DNA of 64,000 nt from Sphyrna mokarran (taxonomy: Eukaryota): assembly GCA_024679065.1 (NCBI GenBank), contig JAGIQG010000040.1:6200001-6264000 (forward strand). Direction: 5' to 3'. Position numbers and translations under genes: made by a program. Below the pieces are notes generated by a model that was given only the letters and a program-made list of their open reading frames with translations, made no database searches and was not told where the DNA came from. Below are positions 37,931-50,834 of the stretch, in pieces (positions within the stretch are counted from its first letter, which is position 1; each line of letters begins with the position of its first letter).

Positions 37931-39239
37931 ACATCAGAAAGAACAAATTTATTTTTCTCTTCCCGAATGTCGATAAGTTTTTTTTCATTTCTCAGCGAGT
38001 TCTGAGTAAAGTGAAAGTTTATTCTGTTTAGGAAGTGAGGTGTGAACCATCTCAGAGAATATCCTTCTGAACGGACCCGTTATTCATGGACTGGGATAAT
38101 GTAATAAACTATAGTTGTACTTAAGGGTATTTTCAAAATAAAATTATTAAATTGACTGAATTAGTGTTTATAATAATGGCTCATAATTGGCCCCTATCCT
38201 GTTGAGCTGTCGACTCGTAAACTTGTGTCCCTGCCATACGTTGTATCGATTTCACTCCGATTACAGCAAAGGAGAGCACGAGCATGTTCCAATCTTAATG
38301 ATTGCAGCACAAAACTCACAATTTCACAACTAAAATGAGAATTCGTGTTTGTGGTCACGTTTTTGTGTGTTGGATCGCGTGCTAGGTATTATTTTTGGTC
38401 TGTTTCCCTGTCCAGTAACAGTACCACTTCTGAAATATTACATTGATTATCCAACAAAGATTTTGTGCTTGTGAAAGGAAGGTTAAACGGTCAGGGGGCG
38501 CTGTGTTAACGCGTTTTGAGAAGAACCGACCATTGCCCTGTCCCAACCTCCCTTTGCTGTTCTGGTCATGAGCCATGCAGCCTGTCCTATGTTATTGGCA
38601 TATTGTTGAAGCAGCTCCTTCTTCGTCATTATTGGGATTTGCAGTGTAGTAGCGGAGCAAACTGTACTGTTCATCAGACAGGGTTACAGAATCAGGGAGC
38701 AGCATGCAGAAACACCTGGCACTGCTCCTCATCGTTATATCATTCCTCAATAAGTATCTCCTTTCTTGCAAAATATATATTCTCCCCAAGTGCGCTAACC
38801 AAGAGTCAAAGAAGTCTTGTTCATTGAGATAATGCAATGTTGACAAAAATTATGGTTTTCTGTTAGAATGGGGTCACGAAGCAGCAGTGGAACAATGACA
38901 CTCGGAAATGGCGGTGGAGGCGGAAGCAATGTCACTCAACCTGCAACATGAAGAGAGTGATCGTCGAAGTTATGTGTTCTGATACCGTCGTCACTCTGGA
39001 CAGCAGCAACACAGGGGATAATTTAAAAAAACCTCAGTATCACTGATCAATTCTTTTCAATGTTTGATGCTTGCAGCAAGTTTACAAAGCTAACCATTAA
39101 CAACGCAATGTTCTCTGCCTCTGCAGCATATTCCTGTGCTGTGAATCACAGAGTGTTCAAAGATAGAACATGTCCCGTACCAAATCACACACTGGATTTC
39201 TCCAGTTCGTGGTCAAGAGAAAGTTGACAATAATCATCA

Positions 39240-39340
39240 GAATAGAAAGTTGGACTTTCCGGCACTCTGATCAACCTGAAATAGAAAGATCAACCTGAAT
39301 AGAAAGTTGGACTTTCCGGCACTCTGATCAACCTGAAATA
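39240..39340. repeat. 44-nt exact direct duplication (39240-39283, 39297-39340)
   Basis: gaatagaaagttggactttccggcactctgatcaacctgaaata occurs twice. Confidence 0.9.
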
Positions 39341-41552
39341 TTAAAAAAAACAATTTGCCCTCTTTGCTTTTTGCCTTCACTCCTGTTGTCAGCGAATGAA
39401 TCTGATCTGGAAACATTTTGAAAACTTCATGAGTGGCGTCATGGTCAACAATAATAACCAAATGGGTTATTATTTGGTAGGGGGAGGTGGATGGATGGCC
39501 ATCGGTTGTCTAGGAACCCAGACTCCGGGTGCGATTGTGGAATTTCAATGTGCAATGTCTGGAATTAAAAGGCAATTATTGTTGTCAGAAATCTCTTTTG
39601 GTGCACTGAAGGCCTCAAACGGCAGAGAAGAACGAAACTTAACGCCCTTACTTAGTGAGTAAAAAGGGAGTGAGGAATCGGTTTTCTGCATCTGTAAACA
39701 AGTTGAAAAGTGAATTTCGCCAGCTATAAGCTGCGGCTGTCTGACAGGGCGGTGTAATTACTGCGGAATGAGAGACAGTGACAGAAGCCAGAGGAAGCCG
39801 CAGGCACTGTGAGAGTGTGACAAATGGAATACAGAGAAAGCTGGACCTCCTGAATCTATCATATTTGGCTTTATATGGCTTAAAATTAACCCGAATTATG
39901 AACAAGGTGAGTGCAACAGATGCAGCACTGAGGAAAGTTTCTCTCTCTCAGAGTCTGCCGAATAGACGCGGAACAAACCGCTCAGATATGTTTGGGGAAC
40001 TTAAGACATTTCGTAAATTAAAAATATTGTGAAAGAAAAGCTGCGAAAGATATTGGTATATACCACGGAAAAATACGAAATGAAGATAAACAAATGGAAA
40101 GACAGTGACTGGGTCAGAGGCAGAGACTGTAGTAGATATCGAGGCATAGATAGGGAGAGACAGGTAGAGATGCAGAGAGATAGACATGAAGAAAGAGAAT
40201 GATAGAAGCGAGGAAGAGACATGGGAATGAATATTGGGACAGACAGGAAAAGAAGTGAAGGAGAGACGGAGGCGTGAAGGGAAATAGGTTAGGATATGGC
40301 GAAGAGGCCTTGAGGGAAACAGATACAGATATATGGAGACAATACACAAGGAGGAACATACAGAGACAAATGTGCAGAGATCACTAGAAATATAGAAATA
40401 ACCAAAGGGGCGCGTTGAGAAAAGCAATATCCGAAATGGAATCAGAATTCCAGAAGGACAAATAAAAATAACACAATATAATGCACTCCATGATAAGGAA
40501 AGCGTGATTTCTGAGAGCCGCTTGTCCCTTTGAAATGATGATCCTTCATCAAGTATCTGTTTCCAAGAAATCTAAATTGGAATTGGTCAGGTTGAATTTT
40601 ATCTTTCGTAGATGTTCAGGCAATGTTTAAATAATCTTAATCGTTTGTAAATCACCGTTTAGAGATCATGCAATCACCATTTAGATTGTTGAGATATTGG
40701 ATAAGGTACACTAGAATGGTACCGGGGTGATGGTATTCAATGACAAGTTGACTTCTGAAACTGAGATTGTTCTACTTTGTCAAATAATTAAAGGCCAATC
40801 TTAATTTTAACACTCAATTTTAAAACCTTTGATGCAACAGATCACGCAAAACTGTTTCAAATAGTGGAGCATTCGATAATCCAAGTACGCCAGTTTGACT
40901 GAAAAAACGGTAAAGGTCAGATTCCCTTATTCTACTGAGATTGTTCAAAACTGAAAGCACTCTGACAAAAATAATGCCGCAGCATTCAATGGAAATGCTC
41001 AGAAGGAATTGATCTTGAATAAAAACATCTTGTCTGTGTAAAATGGGCGCGCGGGGGTACAGGATGGAGTGGGGGAAAGGTGGAAAGATGATTTGGAGTA
41101 TTTCTCCAAGGGCAAATAGATAGGCCGAATGGCTTCATTCGATGCTCAACGATTCAATGATTGTCGATGCTTCATGTCCCAGCCGCAATAATTATTCTTA
41201 GACACCTGAAAATGAGCAGGTGCAGGATGATCAGAAACTTTTGTAGATTCAAGCGTCACTATTTCCGCTCCAACAGCTTCCAGTGCAGCTGACAATCACC
41301 ACATACTTCAAAGAGCAAAGAGCAAAGAACAAAACGGCACAGGAAACAAGCCACTCAATACTGAGCCTGTGAGAACTCGGCCCACAGCTTCAGTTTACTG
41401 CTTTCACTGTGACCCGATTACGTGATAGGACAGTTTGCTGCCACTGCTCCATTCCTCTCATTGGTTGGATCAGCAGTGCAGTGGCACGGGGATCTGTACT
41501 TTGGTTCCTGACAGAGGATTTGTCTCACTACAGTGTTACAGACTCAGGAAGG

Positions 41553-42058
41553 ATGATGGGGATCCAGTTCTTTCCCATCCTCATCACTATCTCACTTCTC
41601 AGTAAGTATTCCTTCCCAATAAAACTCCATTCTACCCTCACTGCTGTAACCCAGATATTATTGTTATTAAAACAATTGTGACGGTGTTGATGATAATTGC
41701 ATCATTTAATTTGAGGCTGACTCTGATTGTCACTATTGTTGTTACTTCCGTTAGAATGGAGCCAGCAAGACAAAGTGGAACAACTGGATTCTGAAATATC
41801 GCTTAAAGAAGGAAATAATGTCACAATGACCTGTTCTTTGGAAACAAGCAGTTACAGCCCTAATGTGTATTGGTACAGTCAGCAGCCTGGGAAAGCTCCA
41901 GTGTACATGTTTCGGCTTATTGGAGAGAACGTGCAAGGGAACACCGCCCTCGATAATCGGATTTCTTCTAAATTTGATAGAAAGAACAAGACTACCGAGC
42001 TAACGATCAGTAACACACTGATCTCTGACAGCGCCGTGTATTTCTGTGCTATGGAGCC
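41553..42058 (+). CDS. TRAV: TCR alpha/delta V gene (leader 41553-41601, V exon 41755-42058)
   Basis: Leader MMGIQFFPILITISLL, GTAAGT donor, TTAG acceptor, KVEQ..MTC..WYSQ..YFCAMEP. Confidence 0.92.
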
Positions 42059-42098
42059 CACATTGCTGCAGAGATATAGCGAATCCTGTACAAAAACC
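42059..42098 (+). other. RSS CACATTG-24-ACAAAAACC
   Basis: Spacer counted as 24 nt. Confidence 0.88.
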
Positions 42099-43423
42099 CC
42101 ACACAGGCAGTTCCAGGTAGTGCCCACTGGGGGTGCGCTCACAGAGACGCGGGCAATTCAGTTTCCACAGTGACAGTGACAGGAAGATTGTTCAAATTGC
42201 AACAAAACACAACACTCAAAAACAGCAACTGGTGTTGTCCAGCTGCACATTTTCATTAGTTAAAATCGTAACTTACATTTGCAGTTGAAATAAGACTGAC
42301 AGATCAATCTAAGAACATTCACGCCTTTTTTTTGGTTTTCTATACCTTCCCCTGCCTATTTATTCCAAACCACTCTTATCTTTACTGATTTATGGGAGTT
42401 GTGCACATTTCCCTTTTCTAGTCTTTAACGTAAGCATTTAAAGCTTTTTTCTGATGCCTTGTACATCCATTCAGAATCTCCCCAATTTCTCTGCTCAGCT
42501 ATTCAGCCCCACTTTCTATCCACATCACTGATGAAGATCACGCTTTGTAATGAATCATTTACTAACCCTGGCACTCCTGTTGCGAGACTGCTCGTACGCA
42601 GTATGGATTGGACATTCAGCTCCCACACTTTTAGAGGAGCAAAATTATAGAATTTTTAATGTGCCATTCTTAGTGAGATCAAACCCTTGCAAATAAATCC
42701 TAGCTGTCACCACATTGCACGTGGTAGCCCCATCCACAGCTTTCTTGTGCTGTTTTCACTCTGACCCGTCTCACCTGTGCTGTTTTATTTGAGATTTTAT
42801 TGGAGATATTGATCTTTGCCACTTTTCCGTGTTTGGCACTGATTAGATCAGTAGTTGAATGGAGAGGCAAAATATATTTCCACGTCTGAAAGAAAATTTC
42901 ATAGACTACACGTTACAAAGTGAGTGAACATCAAGTGGAAATATCTCAGCCCATTCATTATTCTATTCACTCTTATGAAGTAGATGTTTCAACTAAACAT
43001 TCATCCTCCCCCGCATCATAGCTGCTACCCCAAACATGATTGATAACAAACCGTTATGTTGCTGTCAGGATGAATATTGTCATTCTCCATGTCGAAACAC
43101 AGCCATTAAGACTCAGGGGACCGGTCGTTGCCTGAAATGACGGTTGAAGAGGAAAGTAATCCCCTGTCGTGGGATGGTCAAATTCACTTTGTTGCTTTGG
43201 TCCCTCCGTCAAGAGGACGAATTGGAGATGAAGGAACTGTGAGTTCATTGCTTGAATTGGAGATCAAAGGAGCTTGAAGCGGATTGGGTGTTATCTGATG
43301 ATGTATTCAGCAGTGAACCAACCAACGTGAACCCGGATATGACTCAACCTGTTCCCAACTCTTGACTAAACACCTTCAGCTTCAACGCATTCTGGTCAAA
43401 TCCGCTTCCTGCTCTCTGCAAAC

Positions 43424-44328
43424 ATGTCTCGTGTTACTCTGTATTTATTCATCATAGCGACAGCTCTTTCAACCGGTAGGTTCGCAAGTTGTTCAATTCT
43501 GTGTTGTACATCATTACCCCATAATATATTTGGTCAGGCTGTTTGTTCAATGCAAGGGGGAGGGGTGGGTGATCAGGGAATGGATTAATCACAACATCGA
43601 AAAATTATCAGGGTCTCGCTGGTCTCCACACTGAGCACTATTGGGATTAGGCACATTTCCCCCAAGGAATGAGAAAGAATGAGTTGGGCTCAGATTGAAG
43701 CTTCTCTGATAACAGAATGACTTTGGCAAACACAACACTTCAAACACACAGATCGAGAGCGGTTTTCAGTTACAGGGACTGAAGGCGAGGAACTGATCTC
43801 TTTAGAGAGAACAGAATGTTTATGGGAGAAGTTTTATTTAAACAAACACCTCCTCTTTCCCAGCGGCTGAACTGTGAAATATGTTTTGTTGTGCTGCGTG
43901 ATTTCTTTCTGAGGTTATTGTTCAAGATTACGGCAGATTCAGGAATGACGGGTACGGGTGAGGGTTGGGGAGCAGAGTGAAATCGCATTGTTTAGTTTAA
44001 TATTTCTTTGTGTTCTTACAGGACACTGTGGAGGAGATTCTGTTTCACAGACACCGGCTGCAGTCACCGTCACTGAAGGAGATGTTGTTCAGTTACTCTG
44101 TAATTACACAGCTACAAGTACTAGCAATCCTTATTTATTCTGGTACCGTCAGCATTCCAGCGGGTTCATGGAGTTTCTGCTGAGGAGAGACAGATACAGC
44201 GGCAACACAGAGACATCCCCAGGGGGCCGTTTTTCAGCGAAGCTCAATGAAACAACCCGCACCGTCCCGTTGACAGTGTCTAAAGCAGAGCTGGCAGACT
44301 CCGGGGTGTATTACTGCGCACTGAGACC
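43424..44328 (+). CDS. TRAV: TCR alpha/delta V gene, family D (leader 43424-43475, V exon 44022-44328)
   Basis: Leader MSRVTLYLFIIATALST, 546-nt GT-AG intron, DSVSQ..LLC..WYRQ..YYCALRP. Confidence 0.92.
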
Positions 44329-44367
44329 CACAGAGACACAGAGCTGGGCTGAACCTGTACAAAAACT
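44329..44367 (+). other. RSS CACAGAG-23-ACAAAAACT
   Basis: Abuts V exon. Confidence 0.92.
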
Positions 44368-46267
44368 GTCAGAGCCTCGCTCAACATAACAGAGCGTGAG
44401 GCAAACATTGGATCAGAGTGAGTCTGAAATGGAACCTGAAATCCTAGTGATTTCTCAATCTTGTATTGAGAATACTTTTATGAATAATAGGTATATTGCA
44501 AAATTAAAACAGGGACACATAAAAGAATTAGCTTGAGAATATTTGTAAATTTTAATGCCCCGAAGCGTTTTATGCAATTAACACAGCAGCTATTTTTGGG
44601 CTCGTAGTGATATTATTTCATTCAGTAATATTGTACTGTTCTGTCTGTGTCAGTCATTGTGATTGGTGAACAGATGTTGAACAGGATCTTTCTCTTGCTC
44701 TTTTTGGAAACATTGACCATCCACCTGGGAGGGAAGACGATTTCCCAAATTTAACAAGTCATCGAGAGGTTGACAGCTCTGACGGTGCAGCATTTTTAAG
44801 CTCTGCACTGTCCCTTCAGTAAGTTTCCGGAGTATTGTTCCAGATAGATTGCCGGTGTCCTCTGGAGTGGAACGAACCTCTGAAGGGACTGGAAACAGAA
44901 TCCGGGAAGTCCCAGTCCGTGGTGATCACTCTTTAACCCAATCTGGGAAAAACAAACTGAAATAATGAAAATGAAATTAAAAATTAATATTATCGGTTCC
45001 CGTGGAATCAGAAAGACAACCTGTACAAACATACCGCTCGAAAAAAAGACCTACTTTTACTGATAAAGCGCCTTTCATCGACTCCAGAGATCAAATGAGG
45101 CTTGCGAACCTAAGGAATTTCATTTTCAGCGTAGTTGTTGTGGTGATGTTACCAACTTCAGTGGGAATGTTTAATTCTCAGTCAGAAATTCTCGTCACTC
45201 TGACCCTGGGGTAAAGGGATTGGAGAATCCAAATGTGTGCCAGTTACATTGAACTTGTCGCAAATTTGAATCAAATAATGGACACATCTCTCTCTCTCTT
45301 CTCTTTCTTTCTCTCTTTCCACTCATCCTTGCTCTTTCTCTTTCTGCTACATTGAGGAGCCATATTGACGATCCATATTGTCCTGAACGTCGTACTCAGA
45401 CTACCCAATGACCTTAGAATAGAGAGTTCACTCTCTAAGTCTCCGGTTCACCCCACCTCCCTTATTCTCCAGGCATCATGCTCTGACATGGTGTTAGGAG
45501 ACCAAAAACTTCCATTAGATTGCTCCATGATTATGCCTGACAAATTACTACAGTGGTTTTCATTTCCTCCTGCAGTATGTGTGACCAGGAAACTCTCCTG
45601 TTCTCACCACCTGTTATTAGGCATACTGGAAGAATTGAGACCCTGATATTCAACATTTGGTGAGAAGGAGAATACAGTTCTGTTGCCGAAAGACCGCAAA
45701 GCAGTTTCGAACCCAAAGTTTCTTGTCCAGAAGACCTGCTTCAATGCCGGGTCTTCCATAATTGACATAAAAGCTCTTGCTCTAAATACACTGCGGTTTG
45801 TGGGGTGGAGGCGTACAGATGTTTCCTCTAACTCCAGCTGCCACCTGTTACAGGGGGAACTGACGGTTCTATAAAGGCTCAGCGAAACAGGACATCATCA
45901 GTAAAGCAATAATCCTCTATGTTGATCTCGAATATTGTTACATGATTTCGCAGGATTTATATTGCGGTGGTTTATTATGGGTTTTATTACTTCAATGTTA
46001 CGACTTCTATATCTGATACCACTGTTATTATTTTCATTTTTCTCTATTTGTTGCTTGTGTTGCTTTACGATCATTTGTCTCAGTTTTCTGATGAGTCAAA
46101 GGATAATTTGTATGTTTCTAATGTTTTTTTTTCTGGAAGTTCTATTATTAGATACAATAAAATATATTGTTTTAATTCCATGATATAACTCGCAAGTAAA
46201 ACATGTTATATCGATATTGCTTTTAAAGACCATGGGATGTTTGTCTCCACAGTGCCCATGTCCTGTG

Positions 46268-46587
46268 AGTTATTGTACAGGCTTTGCATCTCTCTGCTTC
46301 ACCCGTGCCTCAACTGCACTGTATCCACCACAGCATCTGACAGTCCGACCGTGTTAATACTGAGACCGATGTATCCTTTCTCATTGCCTTCAAAACTTTA
46401 AACCTTCCCTCAGTTGTTCCATCTCTGAATGTGGAAACGACATTCTCTGGAGTTTGATCGGTGAATTGCCCGTACTAATATACAAACTCATTCCCAGTAA
46501 CAGCAATATTGTGATGAAGAGAGATGGTCTGCCCTTGATTTACCCGATACATTTATATCTGAAATGTCTTCTAGTGACAACGAACAT
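46268..46587 (-). pseudogene. V pseudogene (distant relative of the 47491 gene)
   Basis: Acceptor then DVRCH*..VNQGQTISL..VY*YGQ..TEGRF..LSINTVGLSDA; nonamer ACAATAACT, damaged heptamer CACGGGT. Confidence 0.75.
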
Positions 46588-47024
46588 CTGTCAAAACAAG
46601 AACAAAATTAAACTGAAGATACAGATCGGGATAATTAAATAAAGTTCTTATGCATATTGGCTAAAAAACTTAACTAATGATCTATCCACCTATCTGTCTG
46701 CCTGCATCTAACTGTCAACATATCTACCTCTTATCAATCTGAAGATTTACCTATATCATGTTGATCTACCTTTTTGTCGATTATCTATCTAGATATTTTA
46801 CAGGTAGATTTTTCAGCCTTCCGCTTTAATTTGCTTGTGGAACAACGAAACAGTTCTTTTTAACTTAATATGCTTCGATACTCTGTACTTTTAATTACAG
46901 CTTTAGAATATTATAACGCTATTTAAATTGAACATTGAATGTGGGAAAGTAACATTGAAGAATATCAACGGCATTTCTGATTTGCAGAAAACTTAAAAGT
47001 GCAGCGGAGACAGGGTAGTGAACA

Positions 47025-47063
47025 GGGTATTGTACAGGGGGATCCGCTCTTTGTCTCACTGTG
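47025..47063 (-). other. RSS CACAGTG-23-ACAATACCC
   Basis: Consensus heptamer, two nonamer mismatches. Confidence 0.85.
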
Positions 47064-47491
47064 GCTGCTTCGCACACAGATACATTCCAGAGACAAGGAC
47101 CGTGGTCTCATCTGTAGACATGGTGCAGGAATTCTTTACTCGGTCAAAGGACTGTGTATATCGTCCTTCAGTCGCATTCCCCTGGTAAAGGGAGGCGAGA
47201 ATTGTTGGAGGTCCTATCAATGTTTGTCTGTACCAGGCTATTGTATCACCTGGAGCAACAGAGAGCCCACACCTGAGTTCAACCCGCTCCCCTTCCCAAG
47301 ACATGACCTGCTCAGGATGGGAGCTCTGATCGTCACACCGAACAGCTGTGAACAGAAGAAAACCAATCATTTACTATACGGTGTGAAGAGATTGTTAAAA
47401 TAATCCGTCTGAGTAAATCAATAAACTCACAAAATATCAGCAGCATCAGAGCTCCAACTGGAAATAGCTCTTTGCGGGGATTTCCCTTCAT
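47064..47491 (-). CDS. TRAV: Divergent TCR-type V gene (leader 47491-47431, V exon 47345-47064)
   Basis: Leader MKGNPRKELFPVGALMLLIF, GTGAGT donor, LRC..WYRQ..YLCAKQ; short domain. Confidence 0.85.
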
Positions 47492-49064
47492 GATTGATGA
47501 AGGTGCACAACAGCATCAATCAGGATCTACTTTCAAAACTGGGACTTGCAGCCGAGGCCCAGACTCTGAATGGCGGGGAGGGAGAGGCGAGAGCTTTACA
47601 TTCTCCCCTTCAATGTGAGACCGAAGGGCCACACTGTCACCGATTGGACAGTTATGGGATATCGGTATCTGACGTTTCTCACGGTGCCACTCAGCAATTG
47701 GCTGTTTCTCAAACCGAAAACCACTTGAACCGTCACTACTTCCGAATATCTCCTTCCTCTCTGTAGCAACAAAGTAAATTGTTTGCAAGACTTGTGCTCT
47801 GGCGTCTTTCTAATTGAAAAGGGCTGTTCATAATCTTGGAATCGTAAACTGTGATAGTACTAACAGAGACCATTCGGCACATTGCTCACGTACTATCTCT
47901 GTTTATAGGTTATCCACTTATTCTTTATCGGCACTTGCATTCAATGTATCTTATATTCTTAAAATTTCCATTTGCTTGTCATGTATTTATCCACTTCTCT
48001 ATGAAAATTACTTATGGTTTGTCCACATTACAGCTTGGCATGAACCATCGCATTCTCTAACAGTCGACTGCTCAAAACGCAGTCTACTAATCGCTCCTTC
48101 CACTGCATAAATATCACGAGAAATACCGCCATCCAGTCACGCATTGAGGGGTTAGCCGATTGTCCCTGCTCCTTCTTAACCTTTTCCAAATCTGTCTTGA
48201 TTGGGTATAAGTCTGACAATCACTTCTGAACAGAATGCTGCTCTACAGAAAATAACCCCCATTTGCTCAATTCTCCGCTGAGAATAGTGCTCTCTCATTC
48301 CTTCACCATCTTTCCCAGTCTCTCTTAAACACTATCACTGAGATTAACGCTGAAGGTATGAAGAGTCACTGAACGGATCCCTGTGTTTGAACGGTGTTCT
48401 CAACAATTGTGTGTGCAGGCTTACATGTGCCCCCTTGTGTTTTGATATCTGTTTCCTTGTTCAGAAACCTCGGATTCTGTCTCTATTTAATCCCATCCAC
48501 AGCTTGTTCTCTGATTTTTTGTTTAAGTGTTTAATTATCGGTGTTACAAAAAGGACTGCATTAATACTGCAATGAAATGAATATGAAAATCCCCTAGTCG
48601 GGATCATGAACAAAGCCCAAATTTATCAATAGGGCGATTTCCAATGGCTGGTCTTCGAGTGACGTGTTTCAGAAAATTTAAATAACAAGTAAATATTTGT
48701 AATGTTAAAGAAAAATCACAATCTACTTTGTTAAAGTTTCTGTTTATTTAATCTGACCTTTAATCTATCATATTCCGTGCTTTTTTTCCAGTCTCTTCCA
48801 CTTCTTTTTCAATAATTTCCTCATTTCTGTCACTTCTCTATGAAGATTGAATTTCTCTAATTCCAATTGCTGCTCACTCATTCCGGCTTACGTGTCCCTT
48901 CTCCTTTCTCCATCTCTGTTTTCATCAATCTTCATTTCTGACGGGATATTAATCAGTAGATTCTATATTTTATTTTGCATTGCTCTCATTTCGTTTGTTA
49001 ATAAACCTTTTTTATAATTCCACCACTCTACCGATACTGCAGGATGTCTCTCGCAGTCGGTGCA

Positions 49065-49103
49065 GGTTTTTGTATGGGACCTCCCCATGTTTGTCACATT
49101 GTG
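49065..49103 (-). other. RSS CACAATG-23-ACAAAAACC
   Basis: Abuts V coding end. Confidence 0.92.
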
Positions 49104-49436
49104 CCTCACGGCACAGAGATAGGTGGCAGTGTCTGTAACTCCGGCATCTCTCACAGTCAGGACGCTGAATTTGTTGCCTCCGCCGATTGAGGCAGTGACC
49201 CTCTCGCTTTGATCGGATTCTCTTGTGGCCATCAGCAGATACTGCGGTGGCTGATTCGGGGACTGTCTGTACCAATGCAAGATGTTAAAAGCAATGGTCG
49301 AGGTACAGTTCATGGATACGGTTCCCCCTTCACTCACAACCTTCCGCCGAGGGAGCTGCTTCACCTCATCTGCTCCAGTCATCCCAGTGCAGGTCAGAGT
49401 GAAAAACAGCAAAGAGAATCTGTAAATTCGGAGCAT
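49104..49436 (-). CDS. TRAV: TCR alpha/delta V gene, apparently single-exon leader+V
   Basis: MLRIYRFSLLFFTLTCTGMTGA contiguous with DEVKQ..MNC..WYRQ..YLCAVR; no AG at the usual acceptor position. Confidence 0.82.
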
Positions 49437-49927
49437 TTTACAGATCACATGAAACTTCTGCTGAAGCAGCTGTCCAGGGAGTTGAGTGTCGAATTGGGAT
49501 ATGGATATAATCACAAGAAATAATAAGGATTCACAAACGCGCTCCAGTTGCAACTGAGGCGTCCCTCTGTCGAACTGATGAAAGAAGCTGAGACTCGCTC
49601 ACGGATATCGATTCTACCGTAATCTGAGATAGAGAATTGAAGCCGGAATAAATAAACCTCATCGGCAACCCCATGTTTCCGGTTACAAATCTCGTCCCAC
49701 GTGTCTACCTAGGAAACCATTTCGTCCGAACAGAACACTGACTGAACCCAGCTCAGAGTGAATTCATTCATTGGCAGCCAGCTCACCAACTACTAACACC
49801 ACAGCACCACCCCGGACACAGGGAAATGCAGTGAGAACCTCCCGAGACACGGCAGGCAGCAAAATACACAGGATGAAGTTTGGAAATTTTGTCTTCAAAT
49901 ATCCAACTCCCCCTATGCAGAGTGACA

Positions 49928-50398
49928 ATGCGGCATTTGGGTTGTTTGGGGAATATTCCTAACGGAGAATTGTGAACCAAACACATTGCACATTTACTTT
50001 CATTATATAAAAATGGTTTAATACTGAATTTTGAGTATTCAGTCTGTCTGATCTATTTCCGTGGACATTTTTTTCAGATCTCAGTCATGGCGATTCTATC
50101 ACTCAATCGCTATTCTCAGAATTAAAGGAGAAAGAGAAACAGTGACTTTAAATTATACTTTTAATGCAATAACGAGCAAGTACAATTCATACTGGTACCG
50201 GTATCTAGATACACAGCCCGTGTTTATATTGAGGAAAAACTCGATATTTGGTGAAGATATAGTTGTTTCTCTGCAGAGTTCGGGCACCGAGTAAATTCAT
50301 CAATTTGACTATCTCGGATATGAAGCTGATTGACGCTACCCTGTACTATCGCTGGGACTGACAGTGATGGAAAGTAGTGTGACTGTTGTACACAGGCT
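49928..50398 (+). pseudogene. V pseudogene, family C-related
   Basis: Deleted leader, exon from 50078 DLSHGDSITQ..VTLNY..YWYR, frameshifts, RSS GACAGTG-23-ACACAGGCT. Confidence 0.82.
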
Positions 50399-50834
50399 GC
50401 ATTTAAATATAGTTGAAACCGTGTTTGCTGCGGGTTGCACAAAATCGCGGGCAGATGCGACTGCAATGTGACTGTCAACCACACAAGAGATCTCATTAAC
50501 CTGGGATCAACCCAAGTGTTTCCAGTTTCCTGCTACGTCAGTCATTATGTCGCTGTGAGTCTGTGAGATCTCTCAGTAGTGAGCTGGCTGATATTGAAAG
50601 AAAACAACTCGAGCTGGGTTCATTCAGCATCTCGATAGGGGAATGAGTGCACTTTTCCAGATGATGTTACAGGAATGAAACCCTGCTCTGTAAATTAGCA
50701 GCTACAAATTCTGGGTTACTCATAGTAACACAAACATTCCAGCATTAAGGAAACATTCTGAAGTTTACTGATCATTGGTGGAACTCTATTCTCAATATCT
50801 ATTTCAGAGGTAGTAAGAAGTCTCTCAACAGTAG

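Noticed and set aside
39948-40427. Long S/L/F-rich ORFs here and at 61458-62036 and 31824-32063
   Set aside because: Products of pyrimidine-rich low-complexity sequence.
42166-42210. Extra RSS-like words 3' of V RSSs (also CACAGTG-24-ACAACACCC at 15179-15140) suggesting D segments
   Set aside because: No 5' 12-RSS, and the heptamer/nonamer positions do not align between the homologous flanks.
44329-44367. Second heptamer inside RSS spacers (CACAGAG at 44337; CACAGTC at 9290) as a dual 12/23 RSS
   Set aside because: Distance to the nonamer is 15 or 7 nt, not 12.
45400-46190. Stop-poor minus-strand frame and hydrophobic plus-strand ORFs
   Set aside because: No recognisable domain, splice structure or codon signal; a translated search would be needed.
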